The position numbers and the translations under genes were made by a program. Shown piece after piece: positions 25,541 through 38,319 of a stretch of 64,000 nt of DNA. The stretch spans positions 50,888,935 through 50,952,934 of the forward strand of contig NC_092376.1 in assembly GCF_030028105.1 (NCBI RefSeq). The letters are read 5' to 3'. Position 1 is the stretch's first letter, and the number at the start of each line of letters is the position of its first letter. The stretch is from Mobula birostris (taxonomy: Eukaryota). A model generated the notes under the pieces. That model was given only the letters and a program-made list of their open reading frames with translations, was not told the DNA's origin and ran no database searches.

Positions 25541-27384
25541 TCTCCAGTTTCATGACAGGTCTATAGTGCAACAAGCACACCATTTTTATTTCTATGGTTT
25601 GTTCAGAATATTGGGGGCATCCACTTTCCATGATCCAGAACTAAGTGATGAGGGATGGGCTGGAACTTGCTGATACGAATGGCCATAGGGAAATGCCATG
25701 GTTAAATCTCTGCTACCATTTCAAATAAGAGCCTGGATCCCATGTTTTAAAAAAAACAGACTGTTCAAGGTATGAATGCAAAGGAAAACTGACGCTGTGC
25801 TAATATTACATAAAGTGTAGGAGTGGACTGTATTGGAAATTGGGATTGAAATGTGTATGGGTATTGACCGTTGAATACTCTGAAAACCCTGACAATAGGG
25901 AATCATCTCTGTTTCTACTCTCAAGCACATCCACCCAAATTATGGTGGGATGCTATGAAAGCCCCAGAAGATTAAGAGTGTGAAGGGTATGGATATCCAC
26001 TTTCACATCCAAGCCAGACTACAGATATAATGAGGAATTTGCACATCAATTCAGATGTTTTCCAGTGTGAGTCACATACAAAGATTCCTTTTATTAGTTT
26101 ATACAAAGGGCCATAAAAGGTTTCTGCAATTGTTTTCAGTAAATTTGATTCTCTATATACTAAAATATTTAAAGTTAAATTTGTGCAACATGGAGATTTT
26201 CTCTTCTGCTACTTGCCTGTTCCTTACTTCTGTCCAAATTCACACTAAATCAGCTCATTAGTATGTTAAACTGTAAAATCCACAAATAGATATTCTGGCA
26301 TTAGTAGAGGAAAATCCAGCAAATTCAGAGACTATTATTCATCCCGATGACTATTCTTCTATTTTTTTTCCCTTCTGGGTCACTTACAAATTAGGAGCAG
26401 GGAGACGGGTGAAATGTCCACCTGTCACTGGATGTTTTCTTTTGCTTGAGCTATAGTTATCATTGGTTTCTGATGTGGTCAGTTATTGTTACTCTAGTGG
26501 AGAAGGTTGAGGGCAAACATTCAATTTACTTCAGGGTGTGAGTGGTTCAGAACATGCTCAGAATGTGAAAAAAAATAACTTCAGTTAATATATATTTTGA
26601 TTGCTGTTGTGGCATAATTTTCAGAAGTAATAATAATCCAAACACATAAAAATATTCAATCACAAACAAGAGAAAATCTGCAGATGCTTGCATTTTTTGT
26701 ATGTTATTTAACAATATTCATCCCTTTGTTGAGCAAAGCATAATGATCATTAGGGTTTCTATCCAAATCACTGACATTCTTGTGATATTTTTTGTAGCTA
26801 TTCATTTTAATGTGGGCCTTATCCATATTCCTTACATTTTGCTTTTGTTTTCTTGGGTTTTGCTGATTGAGCATAAATTGTTGCAGAAAGCCAAAGATAA
26901 ACAGAATAGTATTGCCGCAGAATTAATTAATTAATTTGTGTAACGTCCTGACAGGAAATTAAAAAGTTTTTGTGAACTGTTAATTGAAGAGTGCAGTTCT
27001 AATAAAGGCTAGAATTCTCTTGCAGGAACAATTGTTTCCTAAATTGCAAGTCAAGGTTGTATTGATTAATACCTTTAAAAGAGAATTGAATGGAAATCTT
27101 GTTAGGAATCTGACTGAGGGTTAATAGGATAAAGTGAAAAAGATAATTGGATGTTTTGAACAATAAAATGCCTTTGAAGCTGCTGCAGAGAAATGTCATT
27201 GTGAGATAGATGGCTGGTTGTAAATAGATAATCTAAAAGAATCTAAAAGGATATATATTTTGAAGATATTCTTGATTTAATTTTGTTATTGTTTAAGGTC
27301 AACTTAGAGAAATGTTCCACAGGACAATAAGTGAACTGTGGGCTCTACAATAATCTGAAGAAACAGGAGTAATGGCACATCTCC

Positions 27385-27665
27385 AGTGACACAGTGATCA
27401 ATCTTCATCTCCATTGCTTTTCACCTGTGACCGCTCAAGTTTCATTTGGTTCACCTTCCTCTCTGCCCTAAAGATGTGCAGTACGGTAGCTAGATTGGCC
27501 GCAATGAATTGCTTCTTGTCGGCAAGTTTAGGATCTGCGGGAAGTTAATAAGAATTTGGGGAAATTAAAACGAGATTGGTGTGGAAGTAGTATAAGTGTC
27601 TGCTTGATGGTTGGTGTGAACTCAAGGCCTCAAAGGGCCTGTTTACATGCAGTAATACTCAATGA
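27385..27665 (+). mobile_element. V-SINE-like, old
   Basis: ctgtgaccgc...cctaaagatgtgca...gattggccgcaatgaattgc...aaagggcctgttt. Confidence 0.55.
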
Positions 27666-27719
27666 GCTACTGGACTATAATGACTTGTATCTTAACACAC
27701 CCAGATTTCTATCTTTCTA

Positions 27720-30700
27720 TTTCCTGGACCTGGTGTTGGGTAATGAGCCTGGCCAGGTGATTGGCCTTAAGAGGGAAAGCAGTTAGGAAACAGTGACTAC
27801 AAATCCTTATGTTTTAAAATGGGTATAGACAAGGATGAGTATGGACCTTGCAGAGAATATTAAGTTGAAGCAGAGCATTAGGCAGGAACTAGTGATGGTT
27901 AATTGGGAACGGCTGTTTTTGGGCTCATCCACATCCGACATGTGGGGTTTTTTTTAAAGACTAACTGCACAGGGGTACAGTATGTTCCACTCAGAAGAAA
28001 GAACAAGGATGGCAAGTTAGAGGAATCTTAGGTGTTGAGAGAGGTGGTCTCAATCTTAATAAGAGTGAACTTTTCCCGTTAAATATGCAGGTTCCAAATT
28101 ATAAACATTTGCCATTTAGATTAGTTACTGATCACTTTACCTATTTAGGAATAAAAATCACCAAGAAGCATAAGGATTCATTAAAGGTTAATTTTTTACC
28201 TTTATTTGATCAGATTAAAGGTTTGTTTACTAGATGGTCACCAATGTCTTTGTCAGTAATTGGTCGGGTCAACGCTGTTAAAATGATTATTTCACCTAAG
28301 TTTCTATATTTATTTCAAGCACTGGCAATTTTCATTCCGAAATCTTTTTTTGATAATGTTGATTCAAAAATTTCCTTATACATATGGCAGAATAAAAATC
28401 TTAGACTAGGTAAAAGATACTTACAGAAGCCCAAAAAGGAGGGCCCTTTAGCATTGCCGAACTTTAGATTTTTTTACTGGGCAATTAATATTCGTTGTTT
28501 GAAATTTTGGACATGGAATTGGGACACAGTTTCAGGTCCACAGTGGGTTAATCTTGAATGTAATTCTGTTTCAGGATTTTCATTGGGTTCTATTCTAGGG
28601 ACCCGCTTCCTTTTGACTTTTCTAAATTGGACAAACAAATGGATAACCCAATAGTTAAATATACTCTTGGAATATGGCTTCAGTTTCGGAAATTTTTTGG
28701 ACTGAATCAATTTATTTTAGCAAGCCCTATTGTATCCAATTTTCTTTTTCATCCTTTGTTTTTGGACCAATCCTATCTGGTCTGGGAAACAAAAGGTATA
28801 ATACGATTTTCTGATTTATTTTTGGATAATTGTTTTATGTCTTTTGAACAATTATCTAAATATAATTTACCTAGATCCCTTTTTATTTAGATATTTACAG
28901 ATTAGAAACTTTTTAAATACAGTTCTTACTACCTTTCCGATTTAATGTTCTACTGCTATAATGGAAAAATTTTTGAATTTAAATGTTTTTCAGAAAGGTT
29001 CAATAGCAATTATTTATAATATGATAATGAAAATAAATCCAGATGTTTCGAATACAATTAAGAATGATTGGGAAAGGGAACTTAAGCTTACCTTACCTAC
29101 TGAGAAATGGCAAAAAATTTTCCAACTAGTTAACTCTTCCTCTATATGTGCTGAACATGCGTTGATACAGTTTAAAGTTGTACACAGGGCTCATATGTCT
29201 AAGGATAAATTAGCTCGTTATTACTCTCATTTAAACCCTGTATGTGATAGATGTCTTTCTGAGATAGCCTCATGAACTCATATGTTTTGGTCTTGCCCTT
29301 TATTGAAGAAATATTGGGACAATATTTTTGATATTATTTCAACTGTCTTGAATATTGATTTACAACCTCATCCTATTACTGCCATCTTTGGTTTACCAAT
29401 GATAGAAAAACATCATTTGACCTCTTCAGCTTGTCGGATGATTGCTTTTGTTACTCTAATGGCGAGAAGATCTATACTATTGAATTGGAAAGAGATTTAT
29501 CCTCCTACTACATTTCATTGGTTTTCTCAAACTATGTCTTGTTTAAATCTAGAAAAAATTATGTGTCATTTATGACCCATCTATTAAATTTGATGAGATT
29601 TGGAGACCATTTATTCAATATTTTCACATGATGTAATTTGACCCTTTCCAATTCCATTCTGTTACTTCAATATATGGGGAGAGGAGTGGAAGTAGCGACA
29701 CTATTGGTTTTATCTGAGATATCATAATAGCCTTTTCTTTTTCTTCTTTTTTCTTTCTTTAGTTTTCTTCCAGTTTGGTTAGATCAGTTTTTTTTCTAAT
29801 GGGGTATATATTTTCTTCTTTTTTAATGATATTTTTCTATTTTCATGTATATTTTTTCTATATTTTATTGGTAATTTTGGGAGGTTTATTAAGTATGTGC
29901 CATTTGACTTTATACTTGTATAAACTAATTATTATCAATATAATCCCAATTGCTCTGTACTTATTTTTGTAATGTTTATGATGTTGAAATTAATAAAAAT
30001 ATTGAAAAAGGAAGCGAGAGGTGGTGAATTTAGACAGAAAGAAAAAAGGAAAAGTATGTAAAGCTTAGGAAGCTAGAATCAAACAGAGCCCTTGAGGATT
30101 AGAAAGAAGCCAGAAAAGAACTCATGCAGGGAATTAGCAAAACCAGGAGGGTCTATGAAAAGTCCTTGGCATGGAGGATTAAAGACAACCCTAAGGCATT
30201 CTACACATGCATCAAGAGCAAGAGGATAACTAGGGAGAGGGTAGGATCACTAAAGGATAAAGGAAGGAACATTTGCTTGGACGAAGGGGAATGTGGGTGA
30301 GGTCCTTAATGAGTAGTTCATATCAGTATTCACCATGGAGAAGGACATGGAGGATAGGAAGATCAATGTGGCATGTGCTAATATGTTGGGGTGTTTCAAG
30401 ATAAAGAAGGAGGTAGTATTGAATCTCAAAAAAATTAAGATGGGTACGTCCTCAGGGTCTAACTGGATATACCCCAGGATACTGAGAAAGGTGATGAGAG
30501 TTGTGGGGCTTCGACCAATAACTTCATGTCCTCTTTAGCTACAGGTGAGGTCCCAGAGGACTTGCTAGTAGTTAATATTCCATTATTCAAGAAAGAAAAT
30601 AGAAATAATTCAACAAACTGCAGAGTCTTATGTCAGTGTTAGGGAAGTTCCCGGAGAGGATTCTTAGGGATGAGATTCATGAATATTTGGAAACCGTGGC

Positions 30701-31455
30701 TAAACTAGGGACAGCCAGCATGACTTTGTGAGAAGTAAGTCATGTCTTTCTAACTTGATAGAGTTTTTGAGGAGATGACAGAGATGATTGATGAAGGTAG
30801 ATTTGTGGATGTTATTTACATGGATTTTATTAAGACATATTACAAGGTCCCTCATGGGATGCTCATCTAGAAGATTAAGATGCATGGGATCCTCATTTGG
30901 GTTCAGAATTGTCTTGCCCACAGAAGACACTATGGGACTTGATGAGACTTATTCTGTCTGGAGGTCTGTGACAGGTGTGTTCTGTGAGCCCCATTATCAA
31001 AAGGATGCGGATGCTGCCTGGATTAGAGGGCACATACTATAAGGAGAAGTTGGACAAACTTGGGTTGTCTTCTCTGGAGGCTGAGGGGAGATCTGATAGA
31101 GGTTTATAAGATTATGAGAGGCATAGATAAAGTAGGCAGCCATAAACCTTTTCCTAGGGTTGAAACAGCTAAAACAAGAGGGCATGCATTAAAATGAAAG
31201 GGGCTAAGTTCAAAGAAGATGTGCAAGGCAAGTGTTTTAGATGGAGAGTGGTGGGTATCTGCACCACACTGTCTGGGGTGATGGTGGAGGGTTTTGGAGG
31301 CTCTTAGGAAGTCACGTGAATGTGCATGGATACAGACATTGTGTCGGCAGAACGGATTAGTTTCATTGGGTATTTGATTTTGAATGCAATTAGGTTGGCA
31401 CAATATCAAGGGCTGAGAGCTTTCTTTTGTGCTATACTGTTCTATGCTCTATGAT
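27720..31455 (+). mobile_element. CR1 LINE (APE end to 3' UTR) interrupted by an L1 insertion, with internal deletions
   Basis: LDLVLGNEPGQV at 27724. It resumes at 30014 with IKDNPKAFYTCIKSKR, GSNWIYPRIL and SCLSNLIEFL. The 3' UTR ends in ctgttctatgctctatg. Confidence 0.88.
28049..30013 (+). mobile_element. L1-clade LINE, 5'-truncated (RT C-terminus, CCHC finger, 3' UTR), with TSD
   Basis: NKSELFP...FTYLGIKIT...GRVNAVKMIISPKFLYLFQ...LALPNFRFFYWA and CDRC...HMFWSCP. AATAAA at 29992 precedes an A-rich tail. TSD GAGAGGTGGT is at 28039-28048 and 30016-30025. Confidence 0.93.
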
Positions 31456-31689
31456 TAGATGTGACTCTCTTAATAGTATTCTCAACATGCACAGCCACCA
31501 AAGCACTGACACAGGTCATCTTCCGGTGTGTCAGGATGAGATCCTTTTAACTTTTCCATTCAAAACAGAAAGGATATCCCTGTATTAAACCTGCCATTCT
31601 GCCTCTCCTGAACCCTCTCCATTTTTAACACTGAACTCTCAATACTTAGGCAGGTATTTTCTCATTTGTCTTCCTGGTTTGAGGCTATC

Positions 31690-32080
31690 TTAGCTATAAG
31701 CAAACTATGTATTGAATCCAAAGTGATCTGCTCTCATCTTGTGGAGTTGATGTTGAGACATTTTTACAAGTAGGAGAGTCTCGAATGAGGGGACAAAGTT
31801 TCAGAATAGGAGGGGGAGAAGTGGCATTTAAAACTGAGGTGCAGAGGAACTTCTTGCAGAGGTTGGTGAATCTCTGGAATTCTTCACCACAAAAGACTGT
31901 GGGGCAAGATTATTAGAGGTATTCATACAGGAAATTGTTAAATCTTCATGAGATTGATGGATTGAGCGCAGTATGGAAACGAGGGCAGGAAAAGAAATGC
32001 CAAGGACAGATCAGCCATAATCTGACTGAATGGCAGACATGAGGAACCAAGTGGTCTTCTCCTCTTTTTACTTTCTTACA
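31690..32080 (+). mobile_element. Old CR1 3' end
   Basis: gagtctcgaatgaggggacaaagtttcagaatagg...gaggaacttcttgcagaggttggtgaatctctggaattc. Confidence 0.75.
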
Positions 32081-33639
32081 ATCTGATCCACAGCAGGAAT
32101 CAAAGAGATCATAACATCTCCAGTCAACGCACCCATATTATGGGGATTAGGGAGTAGCAGTGTACTGTATGTCCATTTCTAATTAATAAGGCATCATAAT
32201 AAATCACACTGTGCTCTTTACTTCACTTTCCAAATTCCCCCATTGTATAAAATAAGTTTATATTTGCATTTTTATCAAATTTACTGATAATCAAATTAAC
32301 GTTGGATGAGATCGTTTTCTTTGGAATTTTTAAATGAGTGTTGAGGTAGATTACCTCATAATACTATAATACTACTGTGATTAAAAAGACAATTATAAAT
32401 TTAAAAATTGACTAGATTTAGATGCTGGTGTTATCTAACATTACCAGAATGCACAGAACATAATAAAAAGAACTGAACTGTATTCCGGGAAATGAACAAT
32501 ACAGCATTGAAATTCTTAGAACTGTTGCATGTTTAATTGAAAAGCTGCATGTCTGACATTCTTTTATCCAAAATTAAAGTGCCAATATTTTCCATTCACT
32601 TACATAACTAGTCTCACAATTTGTTTGCTTACTCTGAAATTCAAAAAAGGCACAAAGTCTGTAAATGAAGCTACTGGGAACACATCGTCAGATATTTGAA
32701 AGAATCTTACCAAAACCAGATTGAATGAAACACGTTATATATGACTGCTAAAATGATCAGGGTTGTCAACAAAGTATGAACTGCAACAGAGGCAGGAATA
32801 TTCTAAAATTTTTTCACTCCATTTTGTATTTGGGCATAACTGTACTTGTAGCTGACAACCCAAAGGTGTGTGATTTGTTGCATGAATGAAGTCACCAGAG
32901 GGAAGGACTGATAGACATGAGGCAGTCTCTTTATTCGACTAAATATCAAAAATACACTGACAGATTTTGGAGAGGGAGAGGATGAGAGACATAACTGTAA
33001 ATGTAGCCAAATGCTCTAAGATTTTTACCAAATAAATTTTAAATGTAATAAAGACTAAATTTAGCTAATTTATTTATTCCATGTGTTTAATCACCTGGTA
33101 GTCAGTTAGTGTACGGCACACCAGGTTCTGTGAAGTTAGCTTCCATGGTTGAGACAGCATTTCAAAGGGACTCTTATGTTTGATGCAGAGCAAGTTGATT
33201 TTGCTTTTAATCTTTTTTATTGAACAATTAATTTGTTGCATTTTAATTTATAGTGTACACTTATCTCCACTTTTAGGCAGAAAGAAGAAATTCTGTTCCC
33301 CTCTGAAAGATCTGTAATCATTTCTGTACTTCTGCTATTTCTGTTGCTGTTGCTGGGTTTAATTATGTGGGAACAACAGGGATACTAACATTCACATGAG
33401 GAATGGGCTGTTCAAATAATTCTTATTGAATTTTAACTGGTATTCTAGTGTTAATGGGAATGTTTAGTGGGAAATGTATCATTTCTCTCCTCTGGTATAA
33501 TAATATTTCATATTCATTGCTCTGAAGAGCTGCAGGCTGCATGTCAAAGAGCCTTATGTGGCTCAGGGCATTTGTTTTGGATTTCATATTCAGCAACTTC
33601 ATCTTTTCTATGAAAATAAAATATGCAACTGCTGGAAAT

Positions 33640-35880
33640 AGTTATGGAGTCATTGAGCACCACAGCACAGAAGCAAGCCCTTCTGCCCATCCAGTCCATG
33701 TTGACCTGAGCTTCCACGTAGTTCCATCCACACACACCTGGACCATATTCCTCCACACCTTTCCCAGCCATGTACGTATCCCAACTACTCTTAAATGTAA
33801 CACTTGAACCCACATCTACAGGCAGCTCATTCCACATTTGCACTACTCTCGTTTCCCCTCAGATTTCTTTAAATATTTCACCTCTTACGCTAAATCTATG
33901 ACCCCTAGTTCTAGTCTCTCCGAACCTGGGGGTGGGGGAGCTTGGACGCATTTACCTATCTGTACTGCTGATCATTTATCAAATCTCCACTCATCCTACT
34001 GTGTTTCAGGGGATAAAGTCCTAACCTATTCAAACTTTCCCTATAACTCAGGTGCTCGATGTTCTTGTAAATTTTCTCTGCATTTTTTTCAAGTTTATTG
34101 GAATCTTTCCTGCAGGTAGGGGACCAAGAATGTATATGATACTCAAAATTCAGACCCAACATAACAATTTCAACATAACATCCTAATTGCTGTACTCAGG
34201 TCCTTGATTTATGAAGCCAATGTGACAAATTCTCTATCTATGATCCCATCTATTTGTGATTCCACTCTCTAGGAATTAGGGATCTGTGTTCCCAGCTCTC
34301 CTTGTTCTACCACATACCCCAGAATCCTACCATTCACTGAGTGAGTCCTACCCTGGTTTGTTCTTCCAAATTGTAACACTTTACATTTGTCTGTATTAAA
34401 TTCCATCTACCATTTTCAATCCATTTTGCAGCTGGCCATGATCATGTTGCAAGGTTTGATAGCTGTTCACTACACCCTCAATCTTGGTGTCATCCACAAA
34501 TGCGCTGATCTGTTTACCACATTATCATTCTAAATGTTTAATATTGATGGCAAACATCAACAGACCTAGCGTCAGTCCCTGCAGCACACCACTAGCCATG
34601 GACCTCCAGTCAGAGAGAGAACCATCTTCTACTACTAACTGGCTTTTCCCGCTAAGCCAATTTTGAATCCAATTAGCTAAATCTTTTGGACCAGATTCCC
34701 AGGTGTGACTTGTCAAAGGCCTTGCTAAGTTCCAGGTAGACAATGTCCACTGCCTTTTCTTTATCAACCTTCTTGGTAACCTCCACAAAAAAACTCGATT
34801 AGTCTAGTTATACATAACCTACCATGTACAAAGCCATGTTCACTACACCTAATCGGGCCTTATCTATCCAAGTTCAGTACTTATAATATTATGCCTATCA
34901 GAATACCTTCTGATAATTTGCCCACAATTGATTTGAGGCTTCCTGGTCTAAAATTTCCTGGTTTGTTCTTAGTGCCTTTCTTATTTGTACATGGAACCTC
35001 ACCTGTAGCTAAGGGCACTTTAAGTACAGCTACCAGGCCCCTGCGGTCTCTGCACTTGGCTCCTATAGTGTCCAAAGCAACATCTTGTCAGGCCCTAATG
35101 ATTTTCAATCCTACTTCCTCTCAAGGCAGCAAGTGCCTCCTGTTCCATAATCCGGATATGGTCCACGACCTCTCTACTCTTTTGCCTCAGTTCTATGGTG
35201 TCCGTGTCTGTCTCCAGAGTAAATGTGAATGCAAACATTTTCATTTAAGACCTCCCCCTTCTCTTTTGACTCCATGTATTTATAATCACACTGATTTTCA
35301 AGAGGACCAATTTTGTCTCTTGCTTCTCATTTGCTCTTAATGTACCTATAGAAATGCATGGGATTCTCTTTCACCTTGTCTATCTGAGCAACCGCAAGTC
35401 CTCCTTTAGTTCTCTTGTGTTCTCTTGTATTTCTTATGCTCCTCAATCACCTCCTTTGATCCTAACTGCCTATTCCTGATATGTACCACCTTCTTTTTCA
35501 TTGCCAGGGTCTTTATATCCTTCAATACCATTCTTTCCTAAACTTGTTAGCATTGCATTTTATTCTAACAAGAACATGCAGATTCTGTACTCACTGTACT
35601 TCACTTTTAAAAGCCTTGCACTTACCAAGCACCTGGTTGCTGGAAAAAAGCCTATCCCAATCCATGACTGCCGGATTCCTTCTGATGCTATAAAAATTCG
35701 CCTTGCTCCAATTTAGAACCTCAGTCCGAGGATCAATCCTATCTTTTTCCATAATTACCTTGAAACTAATGGAATTCTGATCACTAGATTCACAGTGTTC
35801 CCCTGCATACATTTCTGACACCTGCCCTGTCTTGCTCCCTAACAAGAGATCCAGTATTGCGCTCTCTCTAGTTGATCTAT
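33640..35880 (-). mobile_element. CR1 LINE, degraded, APE to 3' UTR
   Basis: Remnants include TRESAILDLLLG...SDQNSISF, NKPGNFRPGSL, SGVLQGLTLGLLMF and WNELP. Confidence 0.85.
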
Positions 35881-36216
35881 TGAACAATTCCAGCATTTTC
35901 TGGCTTTATATAACATTTTCTAAATCATTCCGTTGAAAGATTTCTGTTAATCCGTGATACAGATTTCAAGAGAAAAGTCCAAACTTGTCTAATATTTGCC
36001 TTCTTTTCTTCCTATACCTAAGTACGATCTGAAGTCAATGTTGTAGGTGTTCTGCTCTTGTACAAAGACTAATGGGATTAAGATTGCTATTTTCTGCTGT
36101 TGCCTTGCTTCCAGGAGGAAGGCACTGACTGCTACACCTTTTGGTATTATGTCTGAATATCACGATTTTAATTTTAATACATATGTGCTAATTTTTGTGT
36201 TATCTTTAAAGAAATA

Positions 36217-36288
36217 GACCTCATGGCGCAACAGTAGCGCATCTGACTCCAGATCAGAAGGTTGCGTGTTCGAATCAAGTCGGGGTCA
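36217..36288 (+). tRNA. tRNA-Trp (CCA), probably degenerate or a pseudogene
   Basis: GACCTCATGGCGCAACAGTAGCGCATCTGACT-CCA-GATCAGAAGGTTGCGTGTTCGAATCAAGTCGGGGTCA (72 nt) is nearly identical to the canonical vertebrate tRNA-Trp. It has an A7.C66 acceptor mismatch, D-loop GG->AG and a T-stem G.A mismatch. A TTTT run follows at 36305-36308. Confidence 0.9.
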
Positions 36289-36376
36289 TAAGCATTGTGT
36301 CAGATTTTATTTGCGACGGGTCCGCGCAATGGTTTTCAAAACATCAGCGCACTTGCATACTTCCCGCCTTATCTGT

Positions 36377-36535
36377 GCCGGTGGTATAGCGATATCCGCA
36401 CCCGGACTACAAAACTAGAGGTCCCGGGTTGGACTCCGGCTAGCTCCTTCCACAGTAGTCCGTGCTGAGTTGAGCTTCAAGCTAGCAAGTCGAACAGAAA
36501 AACACTGAAAGCCAAAAGGCGCAGGGAGGTACTGA
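36377..36535 (+). mobile_element. tRNA-derived SINE-like element (Pol III head plus short body)
   Basis: GCCGGTGGTATAGCG (A-box-like) ... GGTTGGACTCCGGC (B-box-like) with tRNA-like spacing but no proper cloverleaf. A non-tRNA body follows (ccgtgctgagttgagc...gctagcaa). Confidence 0.55.
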
Positions 36536-36989
36536 GAGAAAAGATTAGCTTGAGTATCACTAGAGTTTCACTTTAAGCAGATTTTGGTAAGAGTTGTGAA
36601 AAGTCGTAATACAAAGTGGCTTACTGACAATGAAGATCGGAAGTTGGTGAGAGTGGGAACATTGCAATGAGGAAGAATATATTCTATTAAATAACTTTAA
36701 AGATTACAATAAATCAATCGATATCTACATAATGAAAAATTATTTATTACTTATGCGGTGTAAAACTAAGTAGAGAAAATCAAAGTTAAGTGAATTAGAA
36801 TTGCAGTAAAGAATCTACTCAATCATGAACTGCTATCCTTGAGGATGAACTTAAAATTAAGCTCATTGACTTGTTCTACGTTTAATTAACTTTGTTCTAT
36901 TCTCAAGATATGAAGTAAGGATAATGTTTAAGGCATTATCAGAGACTATAGATCTCTTGTGAAGGGAAGGAAGAAACTGCATGTCCAAT

Positions 36990-37960
36990 TCTTTTTCTGC
37001 AGTCCCTTTGGACTGAGGTTGACTTGCTTCTACCCGAGTTCAGTGAAGTCCATTGCCTCTGTCACAGGTGAGGCAAGAAGGAGTTGTGGGCATAGGCAGG
37101 TGGCAAATAGGGGGTTAGTGCGCTCTACAAAGCTTTTATGCTGAACTTCTATATGTTTCTGGCAAATGAACTCATTCATGATGTTTCCTGTTCTCTTTGA
37201 GCAGACGTGGGCCATGGGTTTCCATGGCTCTGTGGAGATCAATAGGTTTCAATAGGTACATCTAATGTCAGAGAAATGTATACAATGTACATTCTGAAAT
37301 TCTTTTTTTTTGCAAACATCCATGAAAACAGAGGAGTGCCCCAAAGAATGAATGACAGTTAAATGTTAGAACCCCCAAAGCCCCCACCAGCATCTCCCTC
37401 CTACGCACAAGCAGCAGCAAAGCAACAACCCCACTCCCCCACCGAGCACTCAAACATGCAGTAAAGCATCAATAAAGACATAGACTTGCAGAACCCCAAA
37501 GACTACTCGTTCACCCAGTTATTCGACATATCACAGGCTCTCTTGCTCCCTAATAAGGTAAAAAGAGGTGTCCCCGTTTCACAGCGAGAAGGGAGATGTT
37601 ACAGTGTTTTAACTTTCTTAAGCCATTTCCTCCTTACTTTCATGGAACCTGGAGTGGAGGCCCTGTTTCAAGAGTCTGAGGTTGGGCATGTGATCAATGT
37701 GGACTTCCCGTCAGAGCTTGCTGATTCTAATTGGGTAGACTTGCTGCCAATAGAGTCTGACAATCTAGTGGAGCTGGTTTAGTGGTGCCTTCCCATTGCT
37801 TTGAGGCACCAACTGCAGTCCACCTCTCTGGTGTGCACAGAAGGGCAAGGATTACATGTGCCTCATAGACCATGAGCTTTCTGATGGATTTGAAGTGATG
37901 ATCTTTACTCTTCTCCTCATACGGTCCAGCTGATTCAAACCTGGCCTGTCCATCCAAATA
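36990..37960 (-). mobile_element. Old RTE-clade 3' fragment interrupted by the 37245-37610 repeat
   Basis: Minus ORF 37727-37957 reads RKLMVYEAHVILALLCTPERWT, like the RTE TKLxVYxAVVxxxLLYGxETWT motif. Confidence 0.5.
37245..37610 (-). repeat. Unclassified interspersed repeat (same family as 11263-11690)
   Basis: Shares blocks with the 11263 copy; short tandem caataggt repeats lie at the left end. Confidence 0.75.
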
Positions 37961-38319
37961 TTAACCTAGCCTCACTTTCCTATCCAATTCATGTAGTTTT
38001 TGTTACTAATATTAAAGAGCTCAGTTCAGGTTTATTTTGGGACAATGTAAATTATAAATATAAAAATGCCACAATATCAACATAAAATTTTGCAGTTGAT
38101 ATAAGTCTTCTGCATTTAATAAAGATCAGATATAATGCATAGATGTCTACATTATCCTTTGATAGCCCTTACTATAATCTAAGGGGAGTATTCCAATCAG
38201 GATTAAATGACATTGTGCCAAATTTACTCGTTTTATTATTGCTTTCATTGATTTGCGAATTGTAAAGATGTTTGGATCATTATGGGAACAGTGACAAAAG
38301 CCCTTGTTGTTCTTCTTAG

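Noticed and set aside
1-38319. Search for the upstream GUCY1A2 exon or a nested protein-coding gene
   Set aside because: No ORF resembles the H-NOX/PAS region or any cellular protein. Recognisable ORFs are all TE-derived, although very small exons cannot be excluded by eye.
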